From an uncultured Gammaproteobacteria bacterium (GTDB lineage Bacteria; Patescibacteriota; Patescibacteriia; Magasanikbacterales; UBA922): a DNA stretch of 64,000 nt. Numbering within the stretch: the stretch's first letter is position 1; every line of letters begins with the position of its first letter. The DNA lies in contig OZ246405.1 in the NCBI GenBank assembly GCA_965231005.1, positions 546,709 to 610,708 of the forward strand, read 5' to 3'. A program made the position numbers and the translations under genes. The notes beneath the pieces were generated by a model. It did no database searches. It had not been told where the DNA came from and was given only the letters and a program-made list of their open reading frames with translations. Shown here in pieces: positions 57,167 through 64,000 of the stretch.

Positions 57167-58441
57167 ATGTTTGGAAAGAAAAAAAAGAATAAAGAAAAAA
57201 AAGACTCTGCAGCATCGCAATACGATGTCAAAGCCATGCCAGATATTTTTTATGGTGGAAAAAATCCTACAATCTATGAAGAGCAAGCGCCTGCTTCAAA
57301 GAAGACAACATCGAAAAATAAAAAAAATATTCCAGAAAAAAAGATTGCTCCTGTCCCAAAGAAACCCATTTCGCCTCCTGTTCCGTCTCCAACTGGCGTG
57401 CACGTAGATAAGAAAAAAGGAAAAATTAATATTCCAAAAGGTGCAAAGCCAATGCCAAAAAGAAAGCCAGGTTTATTTGGCAATAAGCTGTTTGTGATTG
57501 GTGGAATCATAGTTATTGTTCTTGCACTGGGTGGCATTACGTGGTTCTATCTTGGTCAGCGAGTTGAACCTGATACAACTCCACCTCCACCAACGTTACC
57601 AGTTCCAGAATCTTCAGATACAGCTGCTGACTCGACCGATACATTGGAAGATGAAGATGATACTCCTCTTGAAGCATCTGAGGATACAGATGAAGAAAAT
57701 ACAGATTCTTCACAGGCTCTTGGTATACAGTTTCCACGAATTATATTATCTGACAGTGCTGACATAGATGCAGACCAGTTGACTGATCTTGAAGAAGAAT
57801 TGTTTAAAACAGATAGTGGTGTTTGGGATACAGATAAAGACGGTTATTTTGATGGTCAAGAGGTCGCGAATCTATATAATCCAACTGGCTTTGCACCAGT
57901 AAAAATCATTGATTCTGGATTGGTCAGTGAATATATAAATCCAACATGGGGATACAGAATATATTATCCAGTGAGTTGGGTTATTGGGGAGGTAGACGCA
58001 AATGCAAGTCAAGTACTTATTAGTGATATTACTGGTGATTATGTGGAAGTACTTGTGAAACAAAAGCAGGCGACGGAGACCTTTTCTGACTGGTTTGCAC
58101 GTGAAGCAAGTGATCAATTTATTACAGATATCCAAGAAAAAGAGAATAGATTTAAGCAATCTGTCTGGAAAAGAAAAGATGGTATGGTTGGATTTATTGT
58201 TGATAATACGGCTGTATATGTGATAATCTATCATCCAGATGAAACAGATCAAGTCGGCTTCCGTCATGTTATGGAAATGATGTTGCAAAGTTTCCGCCTT
58301 GGTAGTGGAAATATTGTGCTACCAGATCAGCCTGTACTGCCAAAGCCACCAGCTTTCGGATCAGACACGACAACAGCAACATCGAGTGACCTGGGAACAG
58401 CTACATCAACAACACTAACGACAACAACAGAAAACGAATAG
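57167..58441 (+). CDS. Lys-rich/Pro-rich membrane protein with a TSP3-like repeat and a C-terminal globular domain
   Basis: A KKKNKEKK N-terminus is followed by the TM helix LFVIGGIIVIVLALGGITWFYL. An acidic/Pro region follows, then VWDTDKDGYFDGQEVANLYNPTG and a C-terminal domain of about 180 aa. Confidence 0.55.
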   Translation: MFGKKKKNKEKKDSAASQYDVKAMPDIFYGGKNPTIYEEQAPASKKTTSKNKKNIPEKKIAPVPKKPISPPVPSPTGVHVDKKKGKINIPKGAKPMPKRKPGLFGNKLFVIGGIIVIVLALGGITWFYLGQRVEPDTTPPPPTLPVPESSDTAADSTDTLEDEDDTPLEASEDTDEENTDSSQALGIQFPRIILSDSADIDADQLTDLEEELFKTDSGVWDTDKDGYFDGQEVANLYNPTGFAPVKIIDSGLVSEYINPTWGYRIYYPVSWVIGEVDANASQVLISDITGDYVEVLVKQKQATETFSDWFAREASDQFITDIQEKENRFKQSVWKRKDGMVGFIVDNTAVYVIIYHPDETDQVGFRHVMEMMLQSFRLGSGNIVLPDQPVLPKPPAFGSDTTTATSSDLGTATSTTLTTTTENE

Positions 58442-58443
58442 AT

Positions 58444-58899
58444 ATGGAGTGTAGTATCTACCAAACAATAAAACGTCCGGGTGTGTCACAAAGGCGGATT
58501 AAACAGATCGTTTTTTTTGTTCTTGAAAAGTTGAAAAAAAATCAAGCAGCAGTGAGTGTCCATCTCATTGGTGACAAAAAAATGAAACGAATGAATAGTG
58601 ATTACAGGGGAAAAGATAAAGTAACAGACGTACTTTCATTTGTCCTACATGATGACTCATATGATTATGGATTTAGTATAAAAAATGAAGCAATTGACTA
58701 TGGAGATATTTTTATTTGCATTCCACAAATAAAGCGTCAGGCGATTGAATATGACGTTTCATTTCAAGAGGAACTGACACGGATGTTGGTTCATGGTGTG
58801 TTACATTTATTTGGCTATGATCATGTCCGTCCACGAGATGCAAAAAAAATGATGCCATTACAAGAAAAGATGGTTTCACAATTGAAAAAGAAAAAATAA
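58444..58899 (+). CDS. ybeY: rRNA maturation endoribonuclease YbeY
   Basis: The metal-binding motif is MLVHGVLHLFGYDH. Confidence 0.85.
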   Translation: MECSIYQTIKRPGVSQRRIKQIVFFVLEKLKKNQAAVSVHLIGDKKMKRMNSDYRGKDKVTDVLSFVLHDDSYDYGFSIKNEAIDYGDIFICIPQIKRQAIEYDVSFQEELTRMLVHGVLHLFGYDHVRPRDAKKMMPLQEKMVSQLKKKK

Positions 58900-58900
58900 T

Positions 58901-59260
58901 ATGAATAATTTTTTTAACAGTCTACGATACGCATGGAGAGGGGTACAATATGTGTTCAAGCATGAACAAAATTTTCGTCTTCAGCTTGTAGCTGCAGCGA
59001 TTGTTATTATTCTTATATTTGTATTTGAGTTACGAAGGAGTGAGATTTTAGTTTTACTTCTCTTGATTCTGTCTGTGCTCATGCTCGAGCTATTAAATAG
59101 TGCACTTGAAAAATTTGTTGATATATTGAAACCACGTTTGCTTAAACAGGTTCAAGTTGTAAAGGATATGATGGCAGCCATGGTTCTTCTTACAGCAATC
59201 GGTGCAGTCATCATTGGGACAATTATTTTTTGGCCCCATGTTGTTGAGTTACTCTTCTAG
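58901..59260 (+). CDS. dgkA: Diacylglycerol/undecaprenol kinase
   Basis: A 119-aa three-helix membrane protein with the DgkA signature ELLNSALE. Confidence 0.75.
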   Translation: MNNFFNSLRYAWRGVQYVFKHEQNFRLQLVAAAIVIILIFVFELRRSEILVLLLLILSVLMLELLNSALEKFVDILKPRLLKQVQVVKDMMAAMVLLTAIGAVIIGTIIFWPHVVELLF

Positions 59261-59301
59261 GAGTGATATTATTAGATTAGGATTTATTCAACCCCTTATA
59301 T

Positions 59302-60573
59302 ATGCGTTCAGTTGTGAATAGAAAAAATCAATCGATTCTTATTACAGGTATTGATATTGGATCTACGTCTATTAGGATTGCTGTTGGGCAATATGTACCA
59401 AAAAAAGAACAAGATCCAGATCTTCATATATTGGGAATGGTTGAGGTTCCTTCAGAAGGTGTGCAAAAAGGAGCTATTACAAGCATAGAAGAGACAGTGT
59501 CATCACTTTCAAATGCACTTGAACAGGTAGAGCGGCTTACTGGTGTCATGGTTGAACATGCATGGGTTGGTATTTCTGGTACACATATTCTTTCACAAAA
59601 AAATAAAGGAGTTGTTGCTGTTGCTAAGTCAGATGGTGAAATTTCACAAGAAGATGTTGATAGAGTTGTTGAGGCATCAAAGACCGTTTCCATTCCGCTA
59701 AATTATGAAATTCTTCATGTTATTCCTCATTCATTTGGCGTTGACGGCCAAATAGGAATAAAAGATCCAGTGGGGATGACTGGTATTCGTCTCGAGGTAG
59801 ATGCACAGATAATTTTTGGTTTAACACAGCATATTAAACATATAACAAAAGCAGTGTATAGAACTGGAATAGATATTGATGATCTTGTTCTTTCTATTCT
59901 TGCTGCAGGAGATGTTGTTACAACACAACGGCAAAAAGAACTTGGCGTTGCAGTTGTAAATATTGGTGGTTCTACAACAAGTATTGTCATATACGAAGAA
60001 GGAGATGTTAGTCATTCAGCAGTATTGCCTATTGGTGCAGATTATATTACAAGTGATGTTGCTATTGGTCTGAGAACATCAATTGATGTTGCAGAAAGAG
60101 TCAAAGTCGAATATGGACATTGTGTTGCAAAGAGTATCCCAAAAAGAGAAAGAATAAATTTATCAAGTCTTGGTTCTCCAGATGATGAAGAAATTTCTTT
60201 GCACTATGTTGCACAAATTATACAGGCACGGGTAAGTGAATTGATGCAAAAAATACAATATGAATTACGTGTAGTAGACAGAGATGGCAGACTCCCAGCT
60301 GGTATTGTGTTTACAGGTGGTGGTGCAAAAATTAATGGACTAATTGATCTTGCAAAAGATGAATTATCATTGCCTGCATCACTTGGCTATCCAATGTACA
60401 TGAGTGGGGGACAAGGAAAAGTTCATGACATTTCATTTAGTTCAGTATTAGGATTGGTAAAGTGGGGATCTTCAATTTACAATGGAAGTAGAACAAAATC
60501 ACCATCTCGGTTTACAAGTGCAGGAAAAGTACTAAAGAGCATGCAAGATGTCTGGAAGTCACTTATTCCATAA
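59302..60573 (+). CDS. ftsA: Cell division protein FtsA
   Basis: An actin-fold ATPase: GIDIGSTSIRIAVG, VNIGGSTTSIVIYE and FTGGGAKINGLIDLAKDELSLP. It lies immediately upstream of ftsZ. Confidence 0.85.
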   Translation: MRSVVNRKNQSILITGIDIGSTSIRIAVGQYVPKKEQDPDLHILGMVEVPSEGVQKGAITSIEETVSSLSNALEQVERLTGVMVEHAWVGISGTHILSQKNKGVVAVAKSDGEISQEDVDRVVEASKTVSIPLNYEILHVIPHSFGVDGQIGIKDPVGMTGIRLEVDAQIIFGLTQHIKHITKAVYRTGIDIDDLVLSILAAGDVVTTQRQKELGVAVVNIGGSTTSIVIYEEGDVSHSAVLPIGADYITSDVAIGLRTSIDVAERVKVEYGHCVAKSIPKRERINLSSLGSPDDEEISLHYVAQIIQARVSELMQKIQYELRVVDRDGRLPAGIVFTGGGAKINGLIDLAKDELSLPASLGYPMYMSGGQGKVHDISFSSVLGLVKWGSSIYNGSRTKSPSRFTSAGKVLKSMQDVWKSLIP

Positions 60574-60620
60574 GGACTATTGTGCACACAGCTTATTAAC
60601 ATAAGTAAAAATATAGCTTC

Positions 60621-60649
60621 TTGACAGTCAAAAGTGAAACGCGTAAACT
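60621..60649 (+). promoter_or_regulatory. Sigma70-like promoter upstream of ftsZ
   Basis: ttgaca (60621..60626), a 17-nt spacer, then taaact (60644..60649). Confidence 0.4.
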
Positions 60650-60721
60650 ACAGGATACAAAGAGTATCTTTTTTGTTTTTGAATACATTTGTTGTTCAAA
60701 AAGTAATTTTCTTGATAACGT

Positions 60722-61981
60722 ATGCCTCAAGTAAAACCAGACATAGAAACATTTGCAAAAATTAAGGTCATTGGAGCTGGTGGCTCAGGTGGTTCTGCAG
60801 TTGATCGTATGGTAAGCACTGGAATAAAAGGTGTTGATTTTATTGCAATGAATACAGATGTCCAAGCACTTCATCACAATAGTGCACCACTAAAACTCCA
60901 TATTGGAAAAACAGTGACACGTGGACTTGGTGCGGGGATGAATCCAGAATTAGGAAAGAGAAGTGCAGAAGAAGCACAAAATGAAATAAGAGAAGCACTC
61001 AAAGGAACTGACATGGTATTTATTACTTGTGGACTTGGCGGTGGTACAGGATCTGGTGCTGGCCCTGTTATTGCAGAGATTGCTCGTGAAGTTGGTGCAT
61101 TGACTGTTGCAGTGGTAACAAAACCATTTTCATTTGAAGGACCACAACGTGCAAAGATTGCAGACGCAGCACACAATGAAATGGCACGACATGTTGACAC
61201 CATTATTACCATTCCAAACGATCGTGTACTTCAAATTATCGACAAAAAAACATCGCTCTTAGATGCATTTAAAATTGTAGATGAAGTATTGCACCAAGGT
61301 GTTCGTGGTATTTCAGAATTAATTACTGTTTCTGGTTTGATCAATGTGGACTTTGCAGATGTCAAAACAATTATGCAAGATACTGGTTCTGCACTCATGG
61401 GTATTGGTACTGGAAGCGGTGATAATCGAGCTGTTGATGCTGCTCATCAGGCAATCTCAAGTCCACTCTTAGAACTTTCTATCGATGGTGCGCGTGGTAT
61501 TCTCTTTACTGTGGCTGGTGGTTCGTCACTGTCTATGCAAGAAGTTTCAGAAGCAGCAAAAATTATTACAAGTTCAGCAGACGATGATTCCAAAGTTATC
61601 TTTGGTGCAGTCATCGATGAATCACTCGGAGAAGATGTTCGTATCACTGTTATTGCAACAGGGTTTGACGATCGTAACTCATTGTCAGTGTCACAGCCTT
61701 CAGTTGAATCAACACAGAGTTTTTCAAATGCACGTCCAGCATTTTCCTCATCAAATTTATTTTCAAGAAAGAAAAAAGCAACACAGCCAGTCGATGAGGT
61801 AGAAGATGTATTGGAAGAAGAGGAAGAGCCAGTGACAACTCCAAGTTTTGCAAGTAAGCCTGTTAGTTGTGGAAGAACATTAGATCAACAGCAAATGCCA
61901 ATAAATTCACCTGCCAAGTCTGACACTAATGCAGAAGATTTAGAAATACCTACATTTATCAGAAGAAAGATGGGCTTATAG
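60722..61981 (+). CDS. ftsZ: Cell division protein FtsZ
   Basis: GAGGSGGSAVDRMV, NTDVQAL and the tubulin signature GGGTGSGAGPVIAEIA. The C-terminal conserved peptide is DLEIPTFIRRK. Confidence 0.92.
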   Translation: MPQVKPDIETFAKIKVIGAGGSGGSAVDRMVSTGIKGVDFIAMNTDVQALHHNSAPLKLHIGKTVTRGLGAGMNPELGKRSAEEAQNEIREALKGTDMVFITCGLGGGTGSGAGPVIAEIAREVGALTVAVVTKPFSFEGPQRAKIADAAHNEMARHVDTIITIPNDRVLQIIDKKTSLLDAFKIVDEVLHQGVRGISELITVSGLINVDFADVKTIMQDTGSALMGIGTGSGDNRAVDAAHQAISSPLLELSIDGARGILFTVAGGSSLSMQEVSEAAKIITSSADDDSKVIFGAVIDESLGEDVRITVIATGFDDRNSLSVSQPSVESTQSFSNARPAFSSSNLFSRKKKATQPVDEVEDVLEEEEEPVTTPSFASKPVSCGRTLDQQQMPINSPAKSDTNAEDLEIPTFIRRKMGL

Positions 61982-62039
61982 CTATCACCATAGATAATAT
62001 TTCATAGCCCCGTATAGGGGTTTTTGAAACGGATAAAAC

Positions 62040-62250
62040 AATTAACAACTAGCAATTAACAAACTAGTATAGAAAGATTTTTTAAGTTGAGAATTGTATT
62101 ACTAGTTATTAGTTACTAGCTAATAGACAATATAAGAAATATTTATACCTAGTCATCTAATAACTAGTAACTAGTAGCTAATAACTAATGCCTTTCTACC
62201 AAAACCACTCTATACTAAGTTAGTAATTGCTAATTGTTAATTGCTTGTTG
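62040..62250. repeat. Nested AT-rich inverted-repeat intergenic element (family member D)
   Basis: The outer arms are aattaacaactagcaattaacaa (62040..62062) and ttgctaattgttaattgcttgtt (about 62227..62250). The inner arms are attactagttattagttactagctaatag (62098..62126) and ctaataactagtaactagtagctaataactaat (62157..62189). Confidence 0.45.
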
Positions 62251-62294
62251 TTATGGTAAAATACGCATATTAAAGATATTATTTTCGGTATAGT

Positions 62295-62759
62295 ATGTAT
62301 TGCCCAGTTTGTAATTCAAAAGAAACAAAAGTCGTAGATTCTCGTGTGACACAAGATGGTGTTGCTGTTCGTCGGAGAAGAGAATGTGTGAAATGTGCAT
62401 ATAGATTTTCCACTGTTGAAGAAATGGAATTGCTCGATATTACTGTTGTAAAACGTGATGGAAGACGAGAAGCATATTCCCGATCAAAAATTGTTGCTGG
62501 AATTAAACAATCACTTATTAAACGTGCATATACTCAGGAAAAGTTTGATAGGCTTGTTCACAATGTAGAGAGAGATATTCAAAAGAAAAGAAAGCGAGAA
62601 GTAAAAAGTGAAACAATTGGAGAAATTCTTATGAAGCATTTAAAACGTTTTGATAAAGTAGCCTTTATTCGTTTTGCCTCTATCTACCGTGCATTTGCAG
62701 ATGTTGATACGTTTGAAACTGAAATCAAGTCACTCAGACGGCGAAATCTAAAAGGATAA
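62295..62759 (+). CDS. nrdR: Transcriptional repressor NrdR
   Basis: An N-terminal zinc ribbon (MYCPVCNSKETKVVDSR...RRRECVKCAYRFST) is followed by an ATP-cone. Confidence 0.85.
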   Translation: MYCPVCNSKETKVVDSRVTQDGVAVRRRRECVKCAYRFSTVEEMELLDITVVKRDGRREAYSRSKIVAGIKQSLIKRAYTQEKFDRLVHNVERDIQKKRKREVKSETIGEILMKHLKRFDKVAFIRFASIYRAFADVDTFETEIKSLRRRNLKG

Positions 62760-62787
62760 TATATTTTCAAATTTTATAACATGAGAA

Positions 62788-63117
62788 ATGCATATGTCAG
62801 AAAAAATTCATGAAGAGGAATTATCCTCTCCTACATCAAACGATGACTTAAAAGAATTGACGACAAAGAATATCCAGTGGACAATGGCCGTGTACGAACA
62901 GAATAAAAAAATAAAAAGGCGTCTGACCATGATGGTTTTTCTCAGCTATTTTAAAATTGCAATTATTCTTATTCCACTCATCCTTGGAATTATTTTCCTT
63001 CCGCCACTTGTTACTGACTTTACAAATCAAATTCAGGATTTTATTAGTGGTGGTTTTCTCGGTTCAGCAAGTAACTCTGGAATAGATATTAATCAGATTC
63101 TCAAATCAATACAGTAA
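62788..63117 (+). CDS. Hypothetical small membrane protein
   Basis: A 109-aa ORF with a central TM segment ([28 protein letters not shown]). It is positioned between nrdR and pyk. Confidence 0.4.
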   Translation: MHMSEKIHEEELSSPTSNDDLKELTTKNIQWTMAVYEQNKKIKRRLTMMVFLSYFKIAIILIPLILGIIFLPPLVTDFTNQIQDFISGGFLGSASNSGIDINQILKSIQ

Positions 63118-63118
63118 T

Positions 63119-64000
63119 ATGCAAAAAAGGACAAAAATTGTTTGCACATTAGGACCTGCATCAGAGTCTATAGATGATATTACAAAAATGGTTGCAGCCG
63201 GCATGAATGTAGCTCGGCTTAATTTTTCTCATGGGACACATGAAAATCATGAGATGATAATCAATAATATTCGTGAGGTTGAAAAGCAAACAGGGGTCCC
63301 TATTACTATTTTGCAAGATGTACAAGGTCCAAAAATTCGAGTTGGTAAACTTCCAGAAGAGGGTATTGAATTAAAAGAGTCAGAAGAAGTGATTTTTGAC
63401 ACATCTATTGATGTTTATTCAGATGGGTCTATCCCAGTTGATTATAATGAGCTTCATGAACATGTAAAACCTGAAGAGAGAATTTTATTAAATGATGGAA
63501 AATCAGAAGTAGAAATTAAACAGGTCGAAGGAAGTAAAATTCATGGTGTTGTGACCGTAGGTGGAGTTATCACATCTCACAAAGGAATGAATGTACCAGA
63601 TTCAACATTAGATATGCGCATTCTAACAGACAAGGACAAAGAAGATGTTAAATTTGGTGTTGCAAAAGGTGTAGACTTAATTGCATTGTCATTTGTCATG
63701 CGACCAGATGATATTATTCATTTGCGTGAACATATTGTTACATGCGAAAAAGAGTTGGGAATTGAGTCTGAACACCCGATTGGTATTATTGCTAAGATTG
63801 AACGGATTGAGGCAGTTGAACAAATTAATCAGATTGTAGATGTTGCAGATGGAATTATGGTTGCTCGTGGAGATTTAGGAATTGAAATTCCTGCTGAGCA
63901 AGTTCCTGTGGTTCAGAAGAAACTTATTACTGCTGCTCTTAGGGCGGCGAAACCTGCTATTGTTGCAACACAGATGCTCGACTCAATGCAAGAAAATCCA
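63119..64000 (+). CDS. pyk: Pyruvate kinase, N-terminal about 294 aa (runs off the window end)
   Basis: [28 protein letters not shown], the K+ site [11 protein letters not shown] and [12 protein letters not shown]. Confidence 0.85.
   Translation, partial: MQKRTKIVCTLGPASESIDDITKMVAAGMNVARLNFSHGTHENHEMIINNIREVEKQTGVPITILQDVQGPKIRVGKLPEEGIELKESEEVIFDTSIDVYSDGSIPVDYNELHEHVKPEERILLNDGKSEVEIKQVEGSKIHGVVTVGGVITSHKGMNVPDSTLDMRILTDKDKEDVKFGVAKGVDLIALSFVMRPDDIIHLREHIVTCEKELGIESEHPIGIIAKIERIEAVEQINQIVDVADGIMVARGDLGIEIPAEQVPVVQKKLITAALRAAKPAIVATQMLDSMQENP

Overview
This is a low-GC bacterial window, roughly one-third G+C by eye. Strong TTGACA/TATAAT-type promoters, GGAGG ribosome-binding sites, and conserved genes carrying Lys/Glu/Ala-rich tails suggest a small-genome organism such as a CPR/Patescibacteria-like bacterium. 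That placement is an inference, not a database result.

The housekeeping genes are clpP, an NrnA-like DHH phosphoesterase, smc, rpsP, a KH-domain protein, tRNA-Val and tRNA-Ile, lepB, hisS, rpsU, a YqeY-family gene, ybeY, dgkA, ftsA, ftsZ, nrdR and pyk (partial at the window end).

These are interleaved with a large accessory set of giant secreted or surface proteins:
- a 1543-aa transglutaminase-like protein;
- a 1996-aa multidomain protein;
- a 3011-aa RHS/YD-repeat toxin whose C-terminal tip carries a GIY-YIG nuclease motif;
- a 709-aa protein that shares a C-terminal module with the 1996-aa protein;
- a 697-aa and a 3700-aa protein that share a VirB2/TrbC-like two-helix N-terminal module, the latter packed with Myxococcus-type cysteine-rich CGDG...CDDGN repeats.

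The most unusual items are:
- a tandem triplet of small GC-rich paralogs (17595..18799) with a GIY-YIG/T5orf172-like KIGxT...R motif, sitting directly upstream of the RHS gene;
- a tightly coupled LRR protein and a HEAT-repeat protein downstream of the RHS toxin tip;
- a candidate toxin tail plus duplicated small genes downstream of the 1543-aa protein, where the second copy is frameshifted at a G7/G8 homopolymer;
- a 107-bp tandem repeat that re-copies the 3' half of tRNA-Val;
- three compositionally foreign GC-rich islands;
- a family of AT-rich nested inverted-repeat intergenic elements.

All functional calls are motif-level readings of the supplied translations. None was confirmed by database search.
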